Shown: piece after piece, positions 1 through 12,600 of the stretch | Position numbering within the stretch: position 1 is the stretch's first letter | How the letters are laid out: each line of letters begins with the position of its first letter | Assembly (NCBI RefSeq): GCF_036321535.1 | Contig: NC_087437.1 | Location: 74,216,001 to 74,280,000 of the forward strand | Reading direction: 5' to 3' | Origin: Camelus dromedarius | Lineage: Eukaryota | Length of the DNA: 64,000 nt | Program-made: the position numbers and the translations under genes | The notes under the pieces: generated by a model | The model's input: the letters and a program-made list of their open reading frames with translations, nothing else | Told to the model about the DNA's origin: nothing | Databases searched by the model: none

Positions 1-744
1 TCAATGCCAAAGCCCTTTCAAGTTCTAAAGGCAAACATTACAGGGGGCAGGAAAGAGATTTTTATCAGAGTTAAGGAACTGGTATTTCTACTTTCATTCA
101 ATGAGACATTTTGATTCTACAAATGCTATTTTTGTCTTAGTTTTCTTCCAGGCTTGACTGTCTAATTTATGGATGAAAAAACAAAAAACAAATGTAAGTC
201 ATACGAAAGAAAGCAATACAGATAAAGCATCATCATGAGGAGTGTTATGGAATTTATAACTGTGTACAGAGGGAATACTGTGTTTAGGTAACAATAAAAA
301 TGCCCTTCACACTTTCCCTCACCAGTTAACAATCCTGCTTATCAGTGTTACTTTTTATCCTCAAATAATAAATACCTCAGGTCGCCTCATCCATTTTCCA
401 CAGCTGAACCATATTACACTTACAGTGTAAATTTACTTATGATGGACACTCACATGTTTACATAGACATGCCATCTCTCCTTTAGAAGCATAACCGCAAG
501 TCACTTTATGCCTTAATCTAAGCTTTGATTATATTTTTAAGCACTGAAGGGGCACAGACAGAGTGAGATTAAGATTCTTGTGGAGAACTGTTTCATAGAG
601 AAGTTAAATCTGAGCTAACATTTATAGTGGGAGATGGAGATGAGTGTGAAAGGCATTCTATAAAGAAGGACCAGCAGAATTAAAGGCGTAGACTGGCGAC
701 CAAAATGATGATTTAGAAAGAGAAGGCAAGTGAAAAAGAAATGA

Positions 745-860
745 AACTAATATTTACTGAGTGCCTATAATGTTCCAAAAATTCCAATAACTGCTTCTCT
801 GTGTCATATAATTCACACTCACAAAAACTTTTCAAGTATCATTATCCCCCATTACAGTAA
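745..860 (-). mobile_element. MIR SINE fragment
   Basis: 'taatatttactgagtgcctataatgttcc...attatccccattacag' resembles the reverse complement of the MIR core and 3' part. Confidence 0.55.
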
Positions 861-1017
861 AGATAATTGTACACCAGTCAGTTATCTAATAGTTACATTT
901 TATAGATAAGGATCCTGACTATTTAGAAAATAGTCTTGTGTGACAGAAATTTACAACACACACATGAACGTAAGAAGCAGCTAAAAAGGTGACTAAATTA
1001 GAGAAGCCTTTGATTTT

Positions 1018-1482
1018 TGTATTAGTCTTCAAAGGCTGTGTAATAAATCACCACAACTTCAGTGCTTAAAACAACACACATTTATGATCTCAAAATTTCT
1101 GTGGTTTAAGGATCTGGGCACAGTTTCACTGAGTTCTCTGTTTAGGGTCCCAGGGGCTGCAGTCAAGGTGTTGGTCAACTGCATTCCATCTGAAGGCTCA
1201 TCTGGGAGGAGCACACTTTCCTGCTCAAAGAGTTGTTGGCACAATTTAGTTTCTTGCAGCTGAAGGACTGAGCATGAGTCTCTTTTGCTGACTGTTAGAA
1301 GCAATCCTCAACTCCTAGCTGCTGCCCAAAGTTCTCATAGACCCGCCACAACTTCTTGCCATGTAATTGTATTGATTCGGAGCAAGTTACAGATTCTTCC
1401 CCCATTCAAGAGGAGAAGCCAATATGAGGCATAAAAACTCAGAGGAGAGAATAAATAGGGGAATCCTAGAGTCTATCCACCA
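1018..1482 (-). mobile_element. MaLR solo LTR (MLT1D/E-like)
   Basis: Starts tgtattagt. Contains 'cttaaaacaacacacatttatgatctcaaaatttctgtgg', 'ggctgcagtcaaggtgttgg' and 'gttgttggcacaatttagtttcttgcagc', typical of reverse-strand MLT1. Ends ...ctatccacca. Confidence 0.8.
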
Positions 1483-2714
1483 TTATTGCTACATTAAGAA
1501 AATTTAAATTCATCGGATACAATTAGGTGTTCATCACAGATTTTTGAGTAGGGGAGGAAAATAATCAGAGTTGTGCTACAAGGAGAAAAGTCAGCTGTGC
1601 TTCCAAACAAACAGAACTGTTAAAGAAACAGAGCCTGAAGGGATTGTCTTGATTGACTTTCTAATGTTAGGTCATAGTTCCTCGAGTGCTCCAAAAACCA
1701 CTCTCCTCTGGTCACTTACAAGTTGAGACGTCCACGAGTTGTGTATGAGATGCCCACTCCCAGTGAAAAACTAACGCCATCTCCTCCCTGTGTGTCCTAA
1801 TGACAGTACATAGTAAGAGTAAGAAAAGCAATAAAGAAAACTAGCATGCTCCCTCGAGAGGCTCCTAGTTGCTAAGATGCATGTCTCGGGAATTCAGCAT
1901 TGTACTGAATTTTGTACAGTGGTACAGTTTGCAAATTGGTCTGTGGGGTCAAACAGGACCCACGGAAAATAGCAACTTTCAGCAAAGGTGACATGTGAAA
2001 ATTAAACCAGGGGACAGCCTAAAATAAAGTCTATGCCTAGGTTCCCTAAGCAAGAGAATAAAGTGTTCAAGTGAACCAGAGGAAGACAGAGTGATCAAAC
2101 CGGCAACGGAACTGATTAACCTAATCATAAACCAAGCATGTGGCAACTATACTGATAATTGCACCCCAGTGAGTCACTTACAATGTCATTACAGTGCACA
2201 TTAGTCACCCTGCTGCCCTACTTGCCCAAAATATACTGCCAATTGCCAGTATAACAGCTGTTTTCTGCTTTGCAGAGGTTATAAATGTTGTGGAAACAAA
2301 GAAGAATACAGTATATACTTTCTTGCATTCTGCTAGCTTGACTGCTAAGTGCACTCAGTATTTTCTGTTAAATAAATAAATATACATCCCATGGAAAGCC
2401 TCCTAATTTTTACAGGGGATGTAAAAAAAAAGTGTTTCCAAAGTACTAGTTAGATTACCTTGGTTTGTGTTATCCAGTGTGACCTTCCAGTAGCAGGAAG
2501 GACAGTGAGACTAATGGAAAACCACCCCGCGATGGGGGTGATGACGCGCACCCAAAGCACTCTCTGTCTTAGGGAGAGATTTCTTGGCGAAGTTGCTGGT
2601 GTGAAAGTAAGACAAGGATCTAGAATCCTCAGAAATCCGGTATAAGGGCCTAGATGATTCTGTAAGAGGTGTAAAGTTACTGCGAAATGGAACCTCTATC
2701 TGAGAGAATAAAAG

Positions 2715-2990
2715 TCCATTCATTCAACACATGTCTCTTGTGGGCTTAAATGTTTGCATACGCTGCATTAGAGATGGGAATTTCAAGTGAACTGAACATG
2801 GTCTTTGCTCTCAAGGACTCATAACTTAGTGTCAGTGATAAGTATGTAAATAATACAAATAAACAGGAGTAGTGTTTCAATGAAGTATGCATGTAATACA
2901 CCAAAGTAAATTGGAAGATTTCAGAAAAGAAGTGATATTTGAGGTGAATTTGATGGGGAAAAAAATGGGTTTGACAGATAGGAGAGGAAG
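2715..2990 (-). mobile_element. L2 3' end fragment
   Basis: 'ccattcattcaacac' tail (reverse of the TGAA repeats) followed by the L2-like 'ggtctttgctctcaaggactcataac'. Confidence 0.55.
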
Positions 2991-3307
2991 GGGTGCATTT
3001 ATTGCGCACTCGTTTTATGGGACACGGAGCCAGATGTTTCTTTACATAATCTCATTTAGTCCTTGCAGCAGATTGTCAGGGCCCAATCCAGTCCTTTCTT
3101 CGCTAACTTCCAACTGCCAGATTTTGCACCTTTCTGCCTGAGACCTTTATTCCACAAACAGGAAAGGCAGGCCTTTCTCCTCACTAAAAGGGAGTGGAAA
3201 CGAGGAGGAGTAGCCCTCAACTGAAAACACAGGGGAGCCAGCAGACACCGCAGCCTCCTGGCCTTCAGGGGGTAGAACTATGAGGTCTGTTTTCTTTTCA
3301 CAAAATC

Positions 3308-3580
3308 TGTGCTAGTTCCTCTTGCTGCTGTAACATCTTACAACAAATGTAGTGGCTTGAAGCAACATAAATTTATTGCCATATAGTTCTGGAGTTCAGA
3401 AGTCCAAAATAGGTCTCATTGAACTAAATTTGAGGAGTCAGGTGGGGTGCATTCCTTCTGCAAGCTCTAGAGGAAAATTCTTGCCTTGCCCTTTCCAGCT
3501 TCTAGAAGCCGCCTGCATTTTCTGGGGGGATGGGGCGGCTTGCGGTTTTCCCACTCCTACTTCTGCCTCCATCATGGCAC
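3308..3580 (-). mobile_element. MaLR LTR 3' portion (MLT1B/C-like)
   Basis: 'gctgctgtaaca...agtggcttgaagcaacataaatttatt...agttctggagttcagaagtcc...ccttgccctttccagcttctagaagccgcctgcatt'. Confidence 0.8.
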
Positions 3581-3751
3581 TGACAAGCAGTTCCCAGCAG
3601 GATTAAGCTCCCTTGGCCCACTGTGATAGCTGACTCAATAGTGCAGTCCACCTTAGCAGCGTTCCTTTCTGGTGTTCCTTATACTGTCCCCCCAAATTAA
3701 CTCCTTGCACTGGAATCCATTCTTACTTCTGGAGAGACCCAAACTAAGACA
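3581..3751 (+). mobile_element. ERVL LTR 3' portion (LTR16/LTR33-like)
   Basis: Ends 'cccaaattaactccttgcactggaatcc...cttctggagagacccaaactaagaca', resembling the LTR16/33 U5 terminus. Confidence 0.65.
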
Positions 3752-4723
3752 AAATCTATGTTGCAGGGCATTGCAAATGTCTGTAATGATGTGGGGAACT
3801 AAAATGTATAATATTTAAATAGCTTCTTCAATTCTTTATAGCTGGACACCGTGAAACTTATTCCAAGGCATTTACTCTATTTCATATCACTCTGCTGTTT
3901 ATTATTAATACAATAGTAGTTACAGCAGTAGCTTCAGTAGTAATAATAGCAATGATACTATTAATAATTACAAGTACTAACAAGCACAATACTCACAATA
4001 ACAAAGTTCTCAAAATCTAGCATCTTAACATGGTATAGGTCTTCAGAATCTACAAAGTCCTTTCATATAAATCATCTCATTTGCGTTTTGTAAGATGTGT
4101 GTTACCACCAGATATATTTTTCCAAGGGAGGAAATGGCACACATTCTGATCATTTAAATTATGTGGCTTCAAAGACACAGAGGCATGAAAGAGGACTTTG
4201 TCTTTCCTGTTTTGTATTATTTTCAGAAACTTAGGTGAAATGCAGAACACGCTGTAGCTCGTGGCAAGTAATTAGACTAAACACATAAAACCAATACAAG
4301 CAGTGCAATGGAAGGCCATGGGCACACAATTAGTACACATCTCAGAGTGCTTGGGACATGGAAAATTCCCCTAAGAATCTCCTGAATATTTGATATCTAT
4401 CCTTGAGCCAAATTCTAATTTCAGGGGTTAAAATTAATAAGGCAAGTCAAGATCTACTCTGATCAGATTGGTCCAAGATCTTCTCAACTTAGAAGGTTTC
4501 ATTTTTTTAAAAAGTAGAACTTGTATCTTTCAGTTTGTTATAAAGGTTTGTGTTGGAACTTCCATTAACCCGTTTATATCCAGAAGTTAGAGTATGTGGT
4601 TACTGAAATATTTCTAACAATGCAAAATAGAGACAAACATAGCACATTCAATTTAGTCCCGTATTTCCAGACCCAGGGAATGACTAATGTGAACACAAAC
4701 CACATCTTCCAGAAGCCCTGAGA

Positions 4724-4860
4724 CACCGTTCTCAAACGTGAATGTACACTGGAATCACATAGGGATCTGCTAAAAATCAGATTCTAATCCACTAAGATTA
4801 GTGGGTCCTCAATTCTGCATTGGTGATAAGAGCTGCTGGTGGTCCAAGGATTATGTGTAG
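4724..4860. mobile_element. MER5-type hAT-Charlie DNA transposon relic
   Basis: 'gttctcaaacgtgaatgtacactggaatcacatagggatctgctaaaaatcagattc...gctgctggtggtccaagga'. Confidence 0.65.
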
Positions 4861-5384
4861 GTAAACATCACAGGTTGGTCCATCACAGGTTGGCCTTCTT
4901 AACTTTGCTCATAGTCTGTGTTCTACACTTAGGAGTCTCAGCTCATCCTAAGCAGGGAACTAATTTTTAAAAAGGTAATAGTTGGAGGATAGGAAAGGTG
5001 CCTTCAGAGCTACCACCCAAGGCAGAGTCGAACCTTTCTATATCTGCTTATTACTAGGCATGTGCAAGCCAGAAAACGGCTGGGAATACTCTGGAGCCTC
5101 CTGGCACCAGAAGCCACCAAACACAGCACAGAGTGACTCAACAATCACAGAGTCCCTCCAACAATGTATGTGATGCTCATGAATGCTACTCTCAGCCTTC
5201 AGATCTCTGAGTTTCCCTGGATCCCCAAAACTTGACTCCCTTCAACTCAATAGCTAAATGTCTTCTCTTTCCTTTACTTGTATTCTCTCTACCCTGATTC
5301 CTCACTGTTAGTCAACAAATTAGGTTTACACTCAGGCAATGGCAAGAAAAAAAAATCCTTCTAAAGCTGAACATTGAGCATAGT

Positions 5385-5530
5385 AAGCATTCATTTATTC
5401 ATCCATTCATCCAATGTTTATTCAAAGTGTACCATGTCCAAAACACTGTGACAGGTTCTGCAGGGAAAGAAAATATGCAGAAGGTATAGTCCATGCCATC
5501 TACACACACTGCCCATCAGGCAGACAACAT
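5385..5530 (-). mobile_element. L2 3' end fragment
   Basis: 'cattcatttattcatccattcatccaatgtttattcaaagtgtaccatgtccaaaacactgtg'. Confidence 0.55.
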
Positions 5531-5624
5531 GAAATACTTCTGAAACACAGTGTTCCAACATTTGGGAGTTTCTTTGCTTTGAATGTTGACTTTTATCTGT
5601 TGTGAGGCAAAAAATAATAATAAT

Positions 5625-5625
<1 letters not shown>

Positions 5626-5668
<43 letters not shown>

Positions 5669-5670
5669 AT
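5626..5670 (+). repeat. (TAAA)n microsatellite in an A-rich tract starting at 5609
   Basis: About 11 perfect TAAA units, read directly. Confidence 0.97.
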
Positions 5671-5676
5671 GGAAGG

Positions 5677-5874
5677 ACCTGGCGATGGCAACTGTTCCAG
5701 GTAATAGTAATAGCTGTATTAGTAACTCTAGTCAGGTCTTATGCAAGTCATTTTTCATTGCAACGACTTTTCATACCTCAACCCTCATTGCAATGAAAAA
5801 TGACTCCCATAAGACCTGACTAGAGTTACTAATACAGCTATTACTATTACCTGGAACAGCTGCCATCGCCAGGT
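5677..5874. repeat. Long inverted repeat: 90 bp arms (5677-5766 and 5785-5874) with an 18 bp spacer
   Basis: Arms are reverse complements at 86 of 90 positions. Mismatched pairs: 5691/5860, 5744/5807, 5745/5806, 5764/5787. Confidence 0.97.
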
Positions 5875-6069
5875 TATGTGTTGAGTTTATAACACGACCT
5901 TCAAAGGACAAGTCTTTTTCTAAGATCTATACCACTTTTATTTTCACTTGAGAAACTCCTCTGAGATACTATAACAGTAGGTGACATTTACTGAGTTATT
6001 TTCAAGTGCCAGTCATTGTTCTAACATTATGTGTATTAACTCATTTATTAATATATTACAAGTATCACT

Positions 6070-6535
6070 TCAACTACTCCCTACATGCAAATGATGACCG
6101 ACTCAGAATTAACTCCACATCCACACTTAAACTTCTGTCTCCTCTACAAGATACTCAGCATACAAGGCCCCTCAATCATGTGGTGCCCAAAAATAAATTA
6201 ATCATCTTCTTGTAAAACTTGTCCCTCCTCCTTTAGCACTATCTTGAAGAAGGATTTCACTACTACTTAGCTGACCTATGGCTCACTACTGGCTCGCCCT
6301 CCCCTTCTATGTTTGCATCTGATTAATTTATCAGCAAATTCTATAGATTCCAGTTATTAAAAGGCCCCTAAATCTGTCCTCCCATCTTTCCCTCACCACA
6401 TTGCATTACTGGGTTATTTCAGTAGCCCTGTAAAATTTTTTCTGACTCCTGCAGAATCCTTTCACTGCCAGAGTAATTTCCTAACATACTTATTGTCAAT
6501 GTTTTGCTTTAAAATCTTCCTTGGTTCTCCACAAC
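6070..6535 (+). mobile_element. L2 internal fragment
   Basis: Pyrimidine-rich, with L2-like phrases 'catgcaaatgatgac', 'aaattaatcatcttc' and 'tcactgccagagtaatttcc...ttttgctttaaaatcttccttgg'. Confidence 0.55.
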
Positions 6536-8134
6536 ATACCATTCAGGCATTCAAAATACAAACTGTATATGCAGAGGTATGCCAATTCATGCCCACCTAG
6601 TTCTAGGATAACTTGACTTAATTACTAGACCCCAAAGCATGACTCTTTGATTCTGCCTTAGGTTCATAAAAAATGTATACTTAAAAAAAAAATACTCAAG
6701 ATATTATTTGAAATCAAGCACCAATAATTTTCAGGTTTAAATACTGTGTAAAGGTTTAAAGGATGGTTTCTCTAATTCACTCACTGCTCAGTGGACATTT
6801 TAGGGTCCTCATTATAGTGTGGAGAGACTTAAAGACTTAGTTTTCAGACTTTGATTTTTAAGATCAAATTATTTGGGATAAAAATCTATATTTTTAACAT
6901 TTCAACATTTAAATATTATAAGTTTAGACATTAAGACATAAAAATTTGACATCATCATGGTAGATTTATGATCATGAATAACTCATCACTGAATATAATA
7001 TCAAAAGATATTTATGTAAATGGATCATAGTATTCCAAGTATTCAGCTTTTCCAATGTTCTCAATATTTTTATTTGCTTAAAAATTACATTTTAAATAAA
7101 ATAATTAAACTTTAGTTGGATTTTTATGTAGTTCCAAAGAAGCTAAAATAGAAAAATGAGACTTCATAAATTCATCTTATTTATCTTTCTAAATTAAAAA
7201 GTACATGCATTATGGTTTCATTAAAAAAGCAGAAAGATAACTTTGGGTTGAGATATTTTCAAAATAAGGAATTCTTTTTTTTTGAATAGCGATTGATAAT
7301 GACTTATTTAAGATGACCCTCAGGTTGTTGACTTTACTACATGTTTTAAAAGGATTTTCCTATAATGTACAGGCAGAAAATACCACCCCCTTAAGACTTG
7401 ATGCAGCCTGTGCATATCTTGAATTTCTATCCCTTTCTCTTTAATATAGGCTGCTAAATAAACTGTGTCTCACTAGGATGTGTGGACCATTCCTTGACTC
7501 ACAAATCTGAGTTCCAATCAAGTTCTCTCTTTGTTATACTTTATAAATATTGCAGTGAAGCTTCCATCAATGAGCTGTTACAAATCCTAAAGGCTTAGAA
7601 TATTGTTTCCAATAATACACAACTTGTTCTTTGTGAAACGTGTAGAACAGTGTCAACAAACTTGCCTTATATACCAAATAAATATCCTCCATCACCCGAG
7701 GAGCAGAAACATAAAGCAGTCATGTCAATGAACTAGAGAGGGCAATCCAGTGGGTGGCTGAAAGGTATAGCCTGTGTTTAGCTGTGCAGAAATGTAGTTT
7801 TATTAGTTCATGTGCACTGTATCTTGAGCCTCATTCAGAGGGCTGGTGTCAATGTGGCAGCGGTGGGGGTGAGGAATCTCGCTAGAAGTTTGCCCTCATA
7901 ATCTCTCTCATGTCCCAATAAAGCCTCACCTCCTTCTCTTACTCTGAGTATTCATTCTTCATGCTCCCTTACCCACTGTCTTCCCATTGCCAGTGTCTGA
8001 CTGCCCTGTGCCATAGGAGGCTGAAAATGAAATTACTTCGTTAGACTAGGCTCAAGAAACAGAAAATCCTAACAGAAAAGTTAGGATTGGAAGTCAAAAC
8101 GCACACTGTCATTACAGCTGGGGTGGGGGGAAGT

Positions 8135-8290
8135 ATGTGTGTGTATCTATCTAATCTCTCTCTCATCTATCTATATATCTATATATATTGAGGGGGAGGG
8201 TGGGAGAGGAAAAGAGAAAGACACAGAGACAGACAGAGAGATTAAGATATTTATTATTAAGATATATATGTATATATAATTAATATAATT
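8135..8290. repeat. Mixed low-complexity tract (TG/TA/GA-rich)
   Basis: Read directly: gtgtgt, tatatat, gagaga and acagag runs. Confidence 0.7.
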
Positions 8291-9483
8291 ACAGGCAAAA
8301 AATCCCAAATAAATATTCAAAGCTGCCTGAAACATGGCTTTACCTATGACGTATATAGACTGAGTTACGGAGTACAGGGGAGGAAAACCAATAAAGTCCT
8401 TTTGAAATGTGTCTGTCTTTCGAAAGGTGTCACCTGTTTGACAACTGGACAATGTTCACATGTTGAAGTGGGAATAACGTAATCTTCTATGGTGGTTACT
8501 ATGTAGTTTCAAATCCCTGGCTAACTAAAGGATTTTCAAATGTTTCTGAAACATAGAAAAATTGATAGGGATACTTACTGCCACAACTACTTCTTATTTT
8601 TAATTAATAAATTATTATTGAAAAGCCAATAGGCAGGAGAAGACTGAAGTAAACAGAAGTTGACTATCCAGCGGAAGAGAATCCCCTTTTAACTTCAGTG
8701 AATTGCACCATATAAACACAGTAAAAATTTCAAACATCAACCGCCCAGATTCTCAACAAAAACAACAGAAAAAAAAAAATCTAACAGTAGTATTGTTTTG
8801 ATATTCTGAAGAGATTCCTCAGGTAGAATTGGCAACCTTGGACTCAAAAGACCATCAATTAACTTTCTCAGATCTTAGCTTGTATTTGTTTATCTTAGAA
8901 AAGGATAGAATTGAAAAAAAAAAAAAACTTCTACTTTTCTGTAACATCCTATTTCCTTATGGACTCCCTGCTCTAGATTCTGCTTCAGGTATTGTCACCC
9001 TGTAATTCATTTGTATGTTAAGTCTTCCTAATATCTTCACTATTATATTACCTTGTGTCATTTTTTAATTAAAAAATAATCATAGGACACTAACATAAAA
9101 AAAACACTCAGATGAATAAGCACTTCACTTGCAAGTGAAAAGCATCTGGCCTCAGCTTTGCAATGAAAAGTAATCTCTTTCAATAACACCACAGGCTTGG
9201 AGAATGACAGTTCTGTAGAGAAACAACATAAACACATTTGACTTTGAAAGGTTGGAAACATCCAGAATCTCTTTCTCATTTGCAGGGGAGAAGAAATTCC
9301 TCAGTATAAACATAATTTAAATGTGTCCCATTGACTTAAATATGAAGCTGTTCAAGATCTTTTATATGCTTTAGAAATGACAAAGCAGGGAATACAGATG
9401 CCAATAAAATTACAGAGCAAGAAGTGTTCTGTTGCAAGAATTAGGTAAGCAGACACGACATATATATCAACAATCAGGGATGG

Positions 9484-9485
<2 letters not shown>

Positions 9486-9526
<41 letters not shown>
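9486..9526 (+). repeat. (AC)n microsatellite
   Basis: About 20 AC units. Confidence 0.98.
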
Positions 9527-9527
<1 letters not shown>

Positions 9528-10544
9528 CTAAGCCTCTCTGTTTATATGGTTGACAATTGTGTCAGAAGCAGAGAATCCAACATAGTGGAAAGAATGCATG
9601 ACAAAGTACAGAAGCAGATTATACATGTTCACCAGATTTTAAGTAATAGAGCGTTAAAAGATCTATATTGTGCCTTTGGAATTGAAGACAGGATTAGAGT
9701 TTTAAGAATACGACCAGAAAGGACATTTCAGGATTCAAAAGTTAATCACATTCTTTGATGTTAGTTCAGGGATGGGGTCCTAATTAGTCAAACTGATGTT
9801 GAAGGGAGCTATTTAATACAGATAGCTTCTAAGTAGTTTTGTTTTTAAGATAAAATGCATGTTGTATTTCAATATGTTCATGAATATGGTCATAATTAAT
9901 TACATTCCTCATAATGCAACTGTGAATTTCTGTTTTGAGATAAGAATGCAATAATTTCTAGTTTCTTCACCACTGAGGAATGAATGTACCCAGAGAATAA
10001 CATCATGTTCTATAAACAAGATTTAACTAAAATAACAATGCTCTAACTACCTACGTGTTAGAGTATAATAAAAGGTTTTAGGTCATTTCTAAGTAGCTTT
10101 CTCTAACTTGTTCTGTTTGTCATACTCATCTGGAATCAACATTAAAAATCAAGTGCAAATATATTTAAAAACCCACTCCATCTTGACTGAGGTTAGAAGG
10201 GTCTGGAGTCATGCATCAAACTGCAAAAGAGTCACAAGAAGAAATATCTGTCATCTTTGTCCACTTACGAACAAATTCCTGCTGTCTAAAGTTCAGGCAT
10301 TAGTGTATCTAAACTTAGGAAATGACTGGACACTTTGGAATAGTACTCTCTGCATTGCAGTCTGATGGCGTAACACAAGTCCTGGCCCCTTCTTCAAGTC
10401 CACTGTTCCTCCCACCTCCATAATCCCTCTCTTCTACCTACCAAGCACTTTTAGCAAGTAGGACACAGGGCAACAGTGAGCCAGAGAGAAGGGAAAGAAA
10501 CACATCAAGCAATGGCAAAGACAATATTATATTAAAAATTATAC

Positions 10545-10770
10545 CTTAATTATTCTTATGTACTAGGTACTGCATATAAACTTTATATCATATTCTTGTT
10601 TGGAAGATTAAATATTACAAAGAATATAAGTGGTTTATTATTTACTATCCCATTTAACAGAAGAAAATACTGAAGTAAAGGCATTGAATGACTTGTCCAA
10701 GACGCCACATCTAGGAAGTTTATGACCTGTAATCAAACCCTTGCAATACGACTCCAAAATTCAGACTCCA
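10545..10770 (-). mobile_element. MIR SINE
   Basis: 'tatcccatttaacagaagaaaatactgaag...gacttgtccaagacgccacatctagg...gactccaaaattc'. Confidence 0.65.
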
Positions 10771-10984
10771 CCACTCTACTAATTTGAAGATATCACAATG
10801 AATTTTAAAACAGCTTAAAAAATGCTAGATGGTTAATGAAATAATTTATCAAAGCCTAAAAAGTTTTTGGCCCTTTCTGTTAAGTGGCACACTTAAGAAA
10901 AGACCTGAAAGAAACCCAAGAAGTTTCCTTCTCAAAATTAAAAGAAAAAAAAGTTGTGTAGCTTCTACTCAGTGCAATGAAAAT

Positions 10985-12600
10985 ATATTTATTTATTCAA
11001 TAAATGCACTTTTAGAACCTATCACATGCCACATGCTATTACTAGGTACTTGGGATAAAGTATTGGACAAGTAGGCAAAAATCTCTGCCTTTGTGAAGTT
11101 AGTCTACTGGAGAAAGACAGACATTATGATACATTATAAGGTAGTAAATTTTATAAAGAAAAAAATAGCAGGGAAGACTGATGAAGAATTGCATTCTAAG
11201 TAGTCTGGAAAGTCCTTGCAAAACATGCTATTTAAGCAAAAACTTGGAAATGATGGAGCAAACCTTAAAAAGCACAGGGAATAAGGGTACTTAAGACAGA
11301 GGAAACACTAAGACAAAGGCACTAATGGGAGAGAATGCCTGGCAAGTTCAAGGAGCTGGGAGACCAGTGTGGAAGGAGCAGAAATGGCAAGAGGCACAAC
11401 TGAAAGAGACAGGACCAGAAAGGCAATGGGGAGACAGATATTACAGGGTGTGTAGAGCATGAAAAGGGCTTTCCTTACTCTGACTGAGATAGAGACATCG
11501 GAGAGCTTGGAACAATAGAGAGACATAATCACATTTACATTAATACTATCACTCTGGCTTCTCTTTTAGACAATAGGCTACAAGACAGAAACTGAGGAAA
11601 GAAGGAGGCTAATTGCAGTGGTTTCATCAAGAAATGAAGGAGGCAGCCCATGGAGATGGCAGTGAGGGTGGTGACCAGTGGTACAATTTAAAACATATTT
11701 TAAAGGTAGAGCTGAGAGGATTTTCCAGTGGATTCAATGTGAACCATGAGAATTTCTTTTTTGACTTGTTGAGTTTGAGATGTCTGTTAGCTATCCAATA
11801 GAGATGAAAAACAAGCAGTTGAATGTACAGATTTGGTGTTCAGGAGAAGGTCAGGCTGGAGATAAAATTTAAGGGGTCATCAGAATATGAACATATTTAA
11901 AAATCACAGCACTGGATAAGGGAGTATAGACTGAGGAATGAAAAGGTCAAAGAACTGGATCTTGGGACATTCTGAAGAAGTTTAGAGATCAGGAAAAAGA
12001 AAAAGAACCAGTAAAGGAAAAGGTAAAGGAAGGACCAGTTGGTAGTAGGAAACCAGGAGTGTGCACTACTGAAAAAAGAAGAATCACGTACTAAACGTCT
12101 AAGTAAGATAATGACTGAGCACTAACAGTTGAATTCAGTAACACAGAGGTCTTTGGTTACGTGTATTAGTTTCAGTGGAGTGATGGCAATGAAATGTTTA
12201 CTCGAGTGAATTTAAGGGAGCCTGGGAAGAAAGGAATTCATAGTAGTGAGTATTGATTATTCTTTGAGCATTCTTCTTATAAGAAGAAACAGTGAAATAG
12301 GATGGTAACAATGATGGGCTTGGGATCAAAACAATTTTTTTAAGATATAAATATTGGCCTGTTTGAATGTTGATGGGCTTGGTCCAGGAAAGAGAGAACT
12401 TTGCTGATACAGGAAAGAGAGAAAAGTTTCTCAAGCAAGATTCTTGAGTAAGAGAGATGGGGTCTAGTACTTCAGTGGAGGATTTACCCCTAAAGAGTAA
12501 TAGGGAGAGCTGATAATACCAGGAAGGGAGCCTGAGTATGTAGGTACGGATGTTGGTCGGAGAGTGGATGCGGCGGTGGGCATTCAGTACCTTGCATTTT
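10985..12600 (-). mobile_element. Long L2 (L2a-like) remnant including its 3' end
   Basis: Begins with the reversed tail 'atttattcaataaat'. Then ~1.6 kb of purine-rich L2 phrases: 'gagagaatgcctggcaagttcaaggagc', 'gagtttgagatgtctgttagctatccaatagagatg', 'ggctggagataaaatttaaggggtcatcag'. Confidence 0.85.

Noticed and set aside
4866..4895. Short tandem duplications here and at ~13899-13940, ~30333-30387, ~59446-59468 and ~61574-61617 as CRISPR-like or functional arrays
   Set aside because: Only two or three adjacent copies with no unique regularly sized spacers. Ordinary slippage duplications in a mammalian genome.
9432..9758. 108 aa ORF with a TH repeat (likewise the YI repeat at 17839-18147 and the SFFL repeat at 55303-55494)
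   Set aside because: The peptide repeats are translations of microsatellites.
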